A stretch of DNA of 63,847 bases, filler included, from Folioceros fuciformis (taxonomy: Eukaryota), in NCBI GenBank assembly GCA_049999805.1. It is 3 parts of 2 records of this genome, joined end to end, with 100 filler letters (N's around TTAATTAATTAA, not from the genome) between each part and the next. Parts side by side here need not be neighbours in the genome. Positions count along the whole stretch, not along the records: positions 29,257 to 61,130 come from JBNGIO010006249.1; 2 more parts are not named here. One strand, written 5' to 3'. Of the stretch, positions 35,260-46,056 are shown piece by piece; position 1 is the first letter of the stretch; each line of letters opens with the position of its first letter. A program made the translations under genes and the position numbers. Under the pieces are notes generated by a model that saw only the letters and a program-made list of their open reading frames with translations, ran no database searches and was not told the DNA's origin.

Positions 35260-38049
35260 TCACGGTCTACCCTTACAACTGCAACAACCAGCTGCAAATC
35301 GATGCACACGGTATCCGTCCCGCACGACAATGTCTCTGTGCTCCAGTCTTGACATGATCTCCGTGGAAGTGTGGCAATCACTGCACATGCGTAGATTCTT
35401 AGTTACCACGAGAGGTGTCCCACTCGGAGTGTTCAAGAGGCCAAAAGCCAGAGCTAGCTTCTCTGCATGCCCACAGAGTGCGTCTTCCTTTTCCTTCTCA
35501 CACATGGGCTTTAACACCAGCTTTGTGTGAGGTACGTGGCCCCCTTCCTGCTTCACACGCGAATTCATGCTCTCTACCTGAAGAGCAATATCCTGTCTCC
35601 TTTCTCCCACCAGAAATTCATGGACCTCCTTATTCACTTCAATGCTCGCCACTGCAGGTTTCTTGTTAGCTCCAGCTGCCAGCCTTTGTGTTTCAATCCT
35701 GTCTACGTCGGCCCATCTACCTGCATCTGCATAGGCATTGGCCATGAGCACGTACGCGGGGGCCTCCTGGGGGTCCAGCCTTACAATGCTTTCAAAACAC
35801 CATATAGCCCTCTCCAAGTCGCCGTGACTTTTGCAGGCATTCAACAACGACGTCAGGCCCACAACATTGCTTTGGTCCTCGCAAGATAGTAGCATCTTCT
35901 CTGCCTCATCCAAATGGCCGGCACGACCGAGAAGATCAATCATACAGGTGTAATGCTCGATACTAGGTTTGATGCCATATTGTTCAGCCATGGAATCAAA
36001 GTGCTTGAAACCCTCGCGTATCAGTCCCTCATGACTGCATGCCACTAAAAGACAGGTAAAGGTGATATCATTAGGCTGGATACCGGCAACTAACATCTCC
36101 TCAAAGCAGGAGATTGCGTTGAGACCTTCATCACAAGTACCATAGCCAGCTATCAGGGCATTCCATGTGACCACATCCTTGGTGGGCATGCCGTCAAAAA
36201 CCTGGCGTGCATCCTCCAGTTCACCGCAGTTTGCATACATGTCCACTAGGCCGTTTCCCAAAATTACGTTATCCAGCAGACCTCTTTCGACAATCTGAGA
36301 GTGCAGCTGCCTGCCCCTCTGTAAGGCACCAGTGCTTGCACAGGCTTTCAAAAGGCAAGCAAATGTAACATGGTCAGCTAAGATAAGGCCCTCCTGCTCC
36401 ATTTGTCCATACAGAACAATTGCCTCATGTCCCAGCCCTTGCTGGGCATACCCAGCTATTAGAGCATTCCATGTCACCACATCCTTTGCGACCATGCTGT
36501 CAAAAACCTGGCGTGCATCCTTCAGTTCACCACGTTTTGCATATCCAGATATCAAGGCATTCCATGCCACCACATCCTTCGTGGCCAAGCTGTCAAGAAC
36601 CCAGCGTGCAGCTTCCAGTTCACCACATTTTGCATACATGTCCACCAGGCAGTTGCCCACGAGCGCGTTATGGTGCAGTCCTCTTTCAACAATCTGTGAG
36701 TGCAGCTGCCTGCCCTTCTGCAAGGCACCAGTGCTTGCACAGGCTTTCAGAAGGCAAGCAAGAGTGACGTAGTCAGCCACAATAAGGCCCTCCTGCTCCA
36801 TTTGTCCATACAGAACAAGGGCCTCCTGTCCGAGCCCCTGGTGGGCATACCCGGCTATCAGGACAGTCCATGTCACCACGTCCTTCGAGTTCATGCTGTC
36901 AAAAATCTGGCGTGCATCTCTCAGTTCACCACATTTTACATACCCGGATATCAGGGCGTTCCACGTCACCACATCCTTTCTGGCCATGCTGTCGAAAACC
37001 TGGCGTGCATCTTTCAGGTCGCAACATTTTGCGTACATGTCAACCAGGCAGTTGCCAACGAACAAGTTCGTGGGAATGCCACTGTGTAACACATCACAGT
37101 GCACTTTTCTGCCGGATTCCAAGTCGGTGGCAAATGCACAAGCTTGAAGGGCAGCTACAAAAACGTGCGCATCCGCCTTCACTCCTGACCTACGCATCTC
37201 ATGGTAGAGTTGTATGGCCTCGTTAGGTTTCCCGTGCTTAGCATATGCAGAGATGATAGAAGACCACGTGAAAACATCTGGCTTGCCCACCCTGGAGAAC
37301 ACATCCATGGCCTCCTTCAGACTACCTCCACATGCATACATGCGCAATAGATGGTTCCCCAAGTATGCATTTGACGCGTACCCAAGTTTGACAGCGAGAT
37401 CATGAACTCGTCGCCCCAAAACCAAATCCTTCTTAACTGTACACAATTTAAGCACAGTGCAAAACAGGGACTGAGAAATACCCTCGTCTGTCTTAGCCAG
37501 AGACTCCAGGGCTCCAACAGCCTGAGAAAGCTTCCCCTGCTGACATAAAGTGCTCACGGCGACGGCCGTAACCACGCCCACTCCGGGTTCTTCACGGCTG
37601 CCAGATTCAGCCTTATTCGAACAAGTCTCCACGGAGTGAGAGGCACCATGACCCGTGTGCATATCCAAGGAAACGAGCTGCTCATCAACCCAAGCTGGCT
37701 TAGACATGTGGTCCAACCACAGCACCTCCCCGGACCCCTTGCGCTGGAAGTCAGGCGAACGGGAGCTCTTCTTATCTCGTCTGTTGTCCCACCACAGGGC
37801 AGGGTCCAGAAAAAATTGTTGCCACAAGTGCTCCTGCTCCTGGCAACGACCATCACTACAAACCTTGTCACCACCCACACACCTTCTGGAAAGTTGGATT
37901 GCGGGGTTGCTTGCACTCTTGCACCTGAAGGCCTTGCTTGCCAGGGTTTGACTCGCTAACATGAGGTGCGCGGGGGGTTCTCTTGCAATCTCTGCGCACA
38001 CACCAGATTGTTGGGCCCACAACGGGCCCCGCTGCCAGACTATGGCCAT
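35260..38049 (-). CDS. PLS-class PPR protein with an N-terminal OSB-type PDF motif and a C-terminal DYW:KP (GRP-ending) domain; candidate U-to-C RNA editor
   Basis: Intronless 929 aa ORF with a PLS array and E1/E2. It has KPAVASIEV instead of the PG box, HAEKLA plus CSDCH zinc ligands, and the C-terminus CSCKGRP. Residues 75-129 read LWQQFFLDPALWWDNRRDKKSSRSPDFQRKGSGEVLWL. Confidence 0.95.
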   Translation of the reverse strand: MAIVWQRGPLWAQQSGVCAEIAREPPAHLMLASQTLASKAFRCKSASNPAIQLSRRCVGGDKVCSDGRCQEQEHLWQQFFLDPALWWDNRRDKKSSRSPDFQRKGSGEVLWLDHMSKPAWVDEQLVSLDMHTGHGASHSVETCSNKAESGSREEPGVGVVTAVAVSTLCQQGKLSQAVGALESLAKTDEGISQSLFCTVLKLCTVKKDLVLGRRVHDLAVKLGYASNAYLGNHLLRMYACGGSLKEAMDVFSRVGKPDVFTWSSIISAYAKHGKPNEAIQLYHEMRRSGVKADAHVFVAALQACAFATDLESGRKVHCDVLHSGIPTNLFVGNCLVDMYAKCCDLKDARQVFDSMARKDVVTWNALISGYVKCGELRDARQIFDSMNSKDVVTWTVLIAGYAHQGLGQEALVLYGQMEQEGLIVADYVTLACLLKACASTGALQKGRQLHSQIVERGLHHNALVGNCLVDMYAKCGELEAARWVLDSLATKDVVAWNALISGYAKRGELKDARQVFDSMVAKDVVTWNALIAGYAQQGLGHEAIVLYGQMEQEGLILADHVTFACLLKACASTGALQRGRQLHSQIVERGLLDNVILGNGLVDMYANCGELEDARQVFDGMPTKDVVTWNALIAGYGTCDEGLNAISCFEEMLVAGIQPNDITFTCLLVACSHEGLIREGFKHFDSMAEQYGIKPSIEHYTCMIDLLGRAGHLDEAEKMLLSCEDQSNVVGLTSLLNACKSHGDLERAIWCFESIVRLDPQEAPAYVLMANAYADAGRWADVDRIETQRLAAGANKKPAVASIEVNKEVHEFLVGERRQDIALQVESMNSRVKQEGGHVPHTKLVLKPMCEKEKEDALCGHAEKLALAFGLLNTPSGTPLVVTKNLRMCSDCHTSTEIMSRLEHRDIVVRDGYRVHRFAAGCCSCKGRP

Positions 38050-38849
38050 CCTTGAGCAAGTGCTGTCGGTGGATGAGTCTACCTACTAACAGACTATGGC
38101 AGAATGCCCAGGTGCAATGCATGAGCACAGCAAACGGGCATCAGAGCTGTAGACCTGGCAAAATGGCGCAGCAAATCAAGGCTGGACTGCACCTGGACAG
38201 AGTAGCATTGAATCCTGGACCTGCATCCCGAGAACGTAGCACTGGCACGTGCAACCTTATTCCACACTTGGTCCTTGTTGATATGGACCTGGGGCTGCTG
38301 AAGTCCGCTTATGAACAATGAAGTGCTTTAAATCAGCTCATTCCAGAGTCTACGAATCGAAGAGACATTTCTCACATTTCGGCCGGCGGATGTCTGTCTG
38401 TACATGATTGGAGGAACATGATCGCCTACATGAGCAGTTGCATGGACGCTGTAGCTTGGTGGCCGATCAAAAACGTTAGTCACGACACAAGACGTGCCAG
38501 CCGAACATTGACAACTATTTCAAGCTCTAATTGAAGATCAAGAGGAAGAATTTTATACATAAAAGACAAAATTCAAAAAACAAAATCTTGAATCACTGAA
38601 CAAGTGTCCATGCCAAGGGCCAACAATTGCTGTGCAACAACTGGATCTCATGTTTCTTGCCAGCAGAATTTGCAGGAGCTGAAGTGCTACTCCCAGAGCA
38701 GACATTTTGTACTTGCTTCAAGCAGCATCCAGCACTTGTGACAAGAACTTTCACTGGATAGTGATAAGCTTAACCTGCCCGGAAGCCCCGCTTTGTGCAC
38801 TGGTCACGAAATCCATCAGACACAATTCACCGTCCCCTCGTGAGGGACT

Positions 38850-40461
38850 GAGTCATCCACAAGACTGGACTGCCTGCTCCTGTGTGCGCATTATCCATCA
38901 CTTGTAACAACAGATTTGTGCCCAAAACAGTGATGCAATTTCATGTCCAGCTTCGCTCACTGCAGTCGATCAGTGTCTGTGAAACACCAAGGAAGCACTT
39001 GCCGCTCAGGTTGAAACCAGAGCATCGTTTTCGCTTTGATATCTTCCGCAAGCTCGTCATCCCTTTCACCAAAAAGACATGTGGCCAGGAATGCTGCTTG
39101 CATTCCTCCACCTGAGACCATGGATTAGAAGAGGCGCTCATCCACCCTTTCTCGCCATTTGCACGACGAGTTCAATGACACGTGCGTGCCCCAGATCAGG
39201 AAGCCCACCGGTGGGCGAGGACAATGCCAGTGCGGCGCTCAGCAACAAGAGTCCAAGCTCCTAAGGAGCCAGCGCTTCCGAAGCCTGTTCGAGCAGGCTG
39301 AGGTTCTGAATCTTTCTGTCCACCAATCTGCCCACGGCTCATTCCGGGACATGCATGCATGTCTTTGTCTGTCCGCAGCAGCAAATGCACCAGGCCTTGA
39401 TTGCCCGGGACTGTCCCCGACCTGTATCCGAGGGCCTTGATGGAGGAATAGAGGAGGTGGGGTGAAGCTAGGGGCGAAGGCCTTGTCCCGGCCTTGGCAG
39501 CCTTGTGGGCACCGTGGATGCCTATGGTGGGCAACTAGGATGTGGGGACAAAGATGTTGGAGACAAAGCTTTTCCTGTGCATGATACAGTTCATACAATG
39601 CCATGTTGGACGGCAGCTTTACCCAGTGCCTGAACCACAATGCAGGAGCTGCTACCCTTCAAGTTGGTGATCTCCTGAAGTTCATCACAGGAATCCCATG
39701 TCTTCATTCCCTTTCCACGTACATGCATGTGCCTCAGATTCCCCCACCTTCTCCACCCTCGAGCTCACCTTCTTGCACACATCAATTGCCATTGCCATGC
39801 CTTCCAGAAAGAGTTGTCCGGTTCTTGTGATGAGGCTCCTTAACCATGGCTACCAACCGTGGACTAGACCATGGCGGTACTCTCCAGGTGCGGTACCCAT
39901 CTGATTAACTGATCACAGTGGGTTGATGGACAAAGGCTTTTCCACTTGCCTGGGAAGGTGTGACAGACATCCTTGCCAGTGCCACGTACATACGTGTGGT
40001 AGCCGAGCCGTGTGATTGGCTGGGGTTTTAGCAGGCTTTTGCACACAGCCTGTGATTCCTGACTACCTGGCACGAGGACTACATGGCCGTCCCCTAGTGT
40101 CGGGATCCGGTCGTGGGAGGTGGAGGTGACAATGTCTTGTTGCGGTTCGCCCCGCATTGTTGGGATGCGCAGTCGCGCATTGTGCTCACTCGCCTGCATG
40201 CGGCTGCGCTGGCGCCAGGGTTTGTTTGCAGCAGCAGACAGTACGACTGGTATCTGCTAGCTCTGCCGCTGTTGCTTGCGAGAAGAGCAAGCCGGGATTT
40301 GTCCACTCTTCCCTGCCTTCCTGCACTTGGACCCATGTCTGAGGAGGGGAGAGCCAAGTGCAGGCAGGAGGGAATGTTACGGGCCCTGGACGGAGGTGGC
40401 AACGGGGAAGGTGCTGGCACAAACCGCAGCAGGTTAGGATTTGAAGCTTGAAGAGCGGCAT
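38850..40461 (-). pseudogene. possible degenerate intron-containing gene of unknown family
   Basis: Exon-like segments bounded by AG/GT read NLSLLEQASEALAP*ELGLLLLSAALALSSPTGGLPDLGHARVIELVVQMARKG, GGMQAAFLATCLFGERDDELAEDIKAKTMLWFQPER and PWLRSLITRTGQLFLEGMAMAIDVCKK. In-frame TAG stops are present. Confidence 0.3.
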
Positions 40462-40611
40462 GTCAGGGAGATGCTCTCGGTGCAGAGTGAGCTCTTGGGC
40501 CTAAAGGAGGATTGAGGGCATGTTCGAGCTCTACGGCTGGCCAAGGCTGCAATTCTGGCAGAGGAAGGAGCTGAAGTGAGCTAGCCCTTGAGAGAATTGC
40601 TGGACGCGGAG

Positions 40612-42560
40612 ATGGCGAGCTTGTTTTTTCCGTTCGGGCAGGCGGCGAATGTCGCACAGCTTGCAGGCGTAGATGCCCTGAAATTGATCGCTCTCATCAT
40701 CACTGCAGCCAAGAATGCACGAATGCACAAGAAGAATTGCCGGCAGTTTGCCCAGCATTTGAAGCTGATCGGTATGCGCCTGCTTGATCTGGTTTCTCTG
40801 GTTCACCGTGTGAGATTCGGAGTGGATTGCTGTGTGGTCTCATGCATGCCGTGTGCTTGTCCCTCAGGAGCTCTGCTGGAACAGCTCCAGCTGTCGGAAT
40901 TGCGAAAGAGACCGGAGACGAGCGAGCCTCTGGCACATTTGGAAGATGCGTTGAAGCGAGCTTTAGTTCTTGTGAGCAGCTGCCAGGATAAGAGCTACTT
41001 GTATCTGCTGGCCATGGGCTGGACAATTGTTCAGCAATTCAAAGAGTGCCAGGCGGAAATCGACAAGTATCTCAAGCTCATTCCTCTGATTGCCCTAGTT
41101 GAGAACAATAGGGTAAGGCGCAAGGTGTCTGCTTTCTGTGCCCGATTTCCTCGGCTTGTGGATGACAGGCTTCGTTAGGGCGGCAAAAGGCAGGCAGCTG
41201 ACGTCGATATTGAGAGGAACATGCTTATGTTGCATGACAGGATCGGATGAAGGCAATTGAGAACATTGAGAAGGATAAACGGGAGTACACTCTGGACGAG
41301 CAGGAATTGAAAGTGCAGAATACCATTCTTAAACCAGAACGGTCTTACAGTGACTCAATCACCCTCTCAAGGGAGCTTTCTAGGAGCTATCCTGGGGTCC
41401 CATTGAATCAAGCCTTGAAAAAGGAGAATGCAAAATTACGAGCCGAGCTCTACCAAATGCAGGCCATGATGGCAACCGACCAGGTTGAGGTGATAGAGCG
41501 CCTCATTGGGATAACGGAAGAAGTGGATCCGAATGCCGTTGAGGAGAAGCTGAAGGAGGCTGAAGGTCTGCCAGTGGCTGCACGGGAGCCGGAAGCCAAA
41601 AAGTACTTTACCTCGGCCACTGGCAACCGCATGCTACTACAGCCTGTGTCAATGAAGTGTCCTGAGGAACGAGTAGTTTTTAACACAAGCGTTGCATATC
41701 CATGTGGCAGACACAGCAAGCTTTCTGAAATGCAGCAGGCGCACATTGAAGAGGGACCAGTAATCCAACACCGTAAGTGGGAGACGTCCTACGTTTCATA
41801 TGAGTGGCGGCATGGCCTGTTCGATTGCTGGACAGCACCTTGTACATGTGGGTCTCTCCCTCATTTGATTCCCCGGTGATTAGCTCCAGCATTTGACATT
41901 AACTGGCAACATCGTGCTTCCCGTCTTGACTACAGGTTTCTCGACTTGTTGCTATCCGTGTGGCACTTTCACCGATATTGCGGCCTTTATATCTGTTGGA
42001 GAAGTCCGTAAGTACACCCTCCTTCGACCGTCTCTATCGTACATCTTCTTGGTCACCATCTTCTTAATTTCACGCCAACTTGCATGTGTGGCATCGTGTG
42101 TCTGCAGCAAAGGAAGCTGCTTGCAACGAGTTCTGCTTCTACACGCTCTTCCTTGGATGTTTCTGTTACACAAGCTGCTTCCGCAGAAAAGTGCGAAAGC
42201 GGTACTTGATTCCGGTTCGTGCATACGTCTCCGCTTGTGACTCATAAAGTTTGTCTTTGAGTGATGGCTCTTATGCGCAAGCCATGCTTGTCCGTGTCCA
42301 GGGAACCATTTGTGATGACTTTTGTGCGCACACATTATGTTTTTGTTGTGCCCTTATACAAGAGTGGCGAGAAATCGAGTTCAGAGAGCTCAAGGGTAAG
42401 CCTAGTTCTTTGGTCGATCACCCAACCCGGCCTGTGTCGAGCATTCCATTTGATCCTCAACACGGACCTCATCATGATTGATGGCGTGCTTTGTTCAGCG
42501 GTGAAACGACGATCGCAACAGTTGCAAGCCCCAGGCGAGGAGGAGATGTCAAGAAGGTGA
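40612..42560 (+). CDS. MCA: MCA1/MCA2 (CNR13)-like mechanosensitive Ca2+ channel, MCAfunc + PLAC8, multi-exon
   Basis: ANVAQLAGVDALKLIALIITAAKNARMHKKNCRQFAQHLKLIG...SCQDKSYLYLLAMGW, then PLAC8 EWRHGLFDC...TCCYPCGTF...DDFCAHTLCFCCALIQEWRE. Confidence 0.93.
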
Positions 42561-43340
42561 CTGGCAGCCAGCCGATGGGTCACTGTTGGGAGTGGTTTTC
42601 AGTCACGGTTACCTCTGGACAGCAGTAAGACTGAACCATACTGATGGAGCTTCTGAGCACTTGGTGCTTATCGTGCACACCACTGGTACTAGTACATTCA
42701 AGGTTGGGTGCTCACTCTATTCGTTGCAGGATGCCGCCGTACTGAAGTGATGGCTCCTGTGTGTTGGCTCTATCCTGTTGTTAGACTCACAGATGATGCT
42801 TCTCTTTCCTGCCAAGCTACCACCATCCGCTTTGTGGCTCTAATTCAAACATGTCCCCTTCTTGCTCCACGCTGTCCTCACAAGACAATGACTTGCCGTT
42901 GGTTGTTCATTCCAGCTAAGGGTCTTTTGAAACCACGGCCATTTCCTCCCTCCTGGACGTTCTGCACAAGGACGCCGAGCTTGCTGGGAGCCCAGGACCA
43001 CAAGGCACCATCTTTGGTGGCTGGTCTGCACTGTTGCTCCTCAACAGACGTGGTTGTTGATGTGGCACAAGTTGCCAATGTGCGCATGTGACCTTGTCGC
43101 CCCGGCCTGGGAGCTCTTATACCAGTTCAGGGCCACAATCTAGCTCCAGACAACCCAAGGGGTGCATGACTCCGTGCCGGCTGCCTGCATGCATTCGTTG
43201 CTGAACTGACACTGCCTCGAGTTTTGTTTGCCATCCCCTCTTCCCGCAAGAGAAAGCATGGCTGATTCCCGCTGAGTGTGTACAGAAACCTTTTGATTTG
43301 CCTCCATCCCCGAGGGCTCCCTTCCAATCAGACGTCCTCC

Positions 43341-46009
43341 ATGGCTCATCTGCCATCCTCCATGCTGCCACTGCTACTGCACTTGTTACCGTTCTTGGCG
43401 GTTGTGACAGCTGCTCCAGGCAGCTGGCAATTGCTGGTCCAAAATGCGGGCATCTCAGCGATGCACGCGGCCGTGACCCACCACAACACCGTCGTCCTCC
43501 TGGACAGAACCAACATCGGAGCTTCCCAGATCGTTCTCCCTAACGGAGTTTGCAGGAACAACCCACTGGACCGAAGACTGAAACACGACTGCACCGCACA
43601 TTCCGTGGTCCTGGACCTGAACGACAACGGAATCCGTCCCCTCTTCATTCAGACCGACACATGGTGCTCTTCAGGTACGCCGCCAGATGGTTTCACTCCA
43701 TCTAGTCTAGCATGTTCGTGAACCTGGTCACTAATCGCCCAACTTCTCAACCGCCCACACTGTCTATCGCCCACAAATTGTGCTCTGCGCAGGCCAGTTC
43801 GGGGCTGACGGCACGCTGGTGCAGACCGGAGGCGACGCCGACGGCATCGACAAAATTCGGCTGTTCCCGACCTGCCCCGGCGGCGGGAGCTGCGATTGGA
43901 TGGAAAGCAGCCGGATGCGGCTTCAGGAGCCGCGCTGGTACGCCACCAACCNNNNNNNNNNNNNNNNNNNNNNNNNNNNNNNNNNNNNNNNNNNNNNNNN
44001 NNNNNNNNNNNNNNNNNNNNNNNNNNNNNNNNNNNNNNNNNNNNNNNNNNNNNNNNNNNNNNNNNNNNNNNNNNNNNNNNNNNNNNNNNNNNNNNNNNNN
44101 NNNNNNNNNNNNNNNNNNNNNNNNNNNNNNNNNNNNNNNNNNNNNNNNNNNNNNNNNNNNNNNNNNNNNNNNNNNNNNNNNNNNNNNNNNNNNNNNNNNN
44201 NNNNNNNNNNNNNNNNNNNNNNNNNNNNNNNNNNNNNNNNNNNNNNNNNNNNNNNNNNNNNNNNNNNNNNNNNNNNNNNNNNNNNNNNNNNNNNNNNNNN
44301 NNNNNNNNNNNNNNNNNNNNNNNNNNNNNNNNNNNNNNNNNNNNNNNNNNNGTCCAACACTGTCCTCCGCCACTACCCCCGCCTCCCGGGCGGCCCTCGC
44401 AACTACCCCTCCGCCGGCTCCTCCGCCATGCTTTCCCTGCTCCCCCAGGCGCCTGCGGGAGAGTATTCCAAGGTGACAGTTTTCCATGTCTTCCATCTGC
44501 TCTCAGTTTTTGGTTCTGTTGCCGTGCGTCTCCTCTGCCCTTCCAGTCTGCGTGTGGGTCTCGTTGATGTGGTGAGTTGTGGATCTCGTTGATGTGGGGA
44601 ATTGTGGGTCGTGCGGACATCTGCGTGTGGGTTATGCTTTCCGCATGTGGGTCTCGTTTTGGCTCGTACAAGTTGTTCTGCTTGTTCTTATGATGCATTT
44701 TTCTTTCTCTTCTCTTGCCTCCAACCTGCTTGTCTGTGCTGCTTTCTTCTCTCCTCTCCTAGTCGTCTTTGCTCCTGTTCTTCAGGTCTGTCTTCTCTGA
44801 TCCTCGCCATCGATCTTGGTCTCCTTGTGTTTCTTCTAATACTCAAGAAGCTGTTTCTACCTGCACTTCCAATCCCCTCTTCTCGTTGTCTTTTGCTCAA
44901 CAAAGCTTCATAGAAGCTTCAACTCGTCTGGCATGAAGAATGCTTCCAACTTCTTGTCTTGCCTTCCGTCTTCTTCTGCAGCTTCATAGCAACTCGTATG
45001 ACATGAATCATGCTTCCATCTTCTTGTCTCGTCTTGTATTTCTTCCTGTCCTAGGCCTCAATTTGCTTCCAACTATTTCTCCTCTGCTGCCCAAAAAAGC
45101 ACCATAGGACCGCTTTCACAGAAACACTTGATTCCAGTTTCCTCACAGACACTCCTTCCTGCACCTTTGCCACATCACCTAACCTCACCAATCTCATCCC
45201 CGGCGCTGCCACTTGCTGCTTCCCTACAGGCTGAAATCTTGATTTGCGGAGGAGCCCAATACGGCGCATACCAAAGAGGCGATCCAACGGCCCCGGCGAC
45301 GAAGACCTGCGGGCGGATGGAGGCCACGGCCGGGGGGGGCGCCGCCTGGGAGATGGAAACAATGCCACTGCGACGAACCATGGGGGACATGGTGCTAGCA
45401 CCCACAGGCGAGGTGGTGATCATCAACGGCGCACAAACAGGATGCCAGGGCTGGGGCAACGCAGCCCAGCCGGCATTGAATCCCGTCCTCTACTCCCCAA
45501 ACAACCCGCCAGGAGCTCGCTTCACGATCCAAACCGCATCTCCCATCCCCCGCATGTACCACAGCACAGCCAACCTGCTCCCGGACGCTCGCATCCTCAT
45601 CGCCGGCTCCAACACCCACGAAATCTACACGTTCGAAGGCCCGTTCCCGACCGAGCTCCGAATCGAGGCCTTCTCTCCCGGCTATCTCAACGGCAAGAGG
45701 CCGGGTATCCGAGCCACGTCCTCAAGCATTGCGTACGGAACGGAGTTCCGGGTCACCGTCGCGTCGCCCACTGCGGGGCTGGAGCTAGCTTTGCTAAGCG
45801 CGCCCTTCGCCACGCATTCCTTGTCCATGGGACAGCGGTCCGTTACGCTAGCCGTCGTTTCCTCCGTTGCGGCTGGCCCCGGATTGTGGGAGCTCGCGGC
45901 CAAGGCCCCGCCAACGCCATCCGTCGCGCCCTCAGGGTACTATATGCTCTTCGCTGTCTCGCGCCCGGAAGGCGTCCCGAGCCGAGGCACCTGGGTCCAT
46001 GTCGCCTGA
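43341..46009 (+). CDS. secreted glyoxal/galactose oxidase-like copper radical oxidase (GLOX, AA5); middle missing in a gap
   Basis: Signal peptide, GISAMH, DCTAHS, TDTWCSSG, RWYATN, RNYPSAGSS, RTMGDMV, PRMYHSTANLLPDARILIAGSN and PFATHSLSMGQR. The Cys, Tyr and His ligands are visible. Confidence 0.93.
43952..44351. other. 400-N assembly gap inside the GLOX exon
   Basis: Run of N flanked by GLOX coding sequence on both sides. Confidence 0.97.
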
Positions 46010-46056
46010 CTCCTCTGCTCAGAGCTAAAAGCTGACTTGCGGCGGGGAGGCAGGAG

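Noticed and set aside
10115-38049. Functional cluster of organelle gene-expression genes (two PPRs, MRPL47, rps1)
   Set aside because: Interspersed with unrelated genes and split by an artificial join; PPR genes are abundant enough for this to be chance.
43649-44698. Long ORFs spanning the N gap
   Set aside because: Artefacts of translating through Ns; only the GLOX frame is supported.
45244-46035. 263-aa Arg/Pro-rich ORF overlapping GLOX, and similar antisense or alternate-frame ORFs over the PPR and BOR genes
   Set aside because: Shadow ORFs caused by GC-rich codon usage of the real genes.
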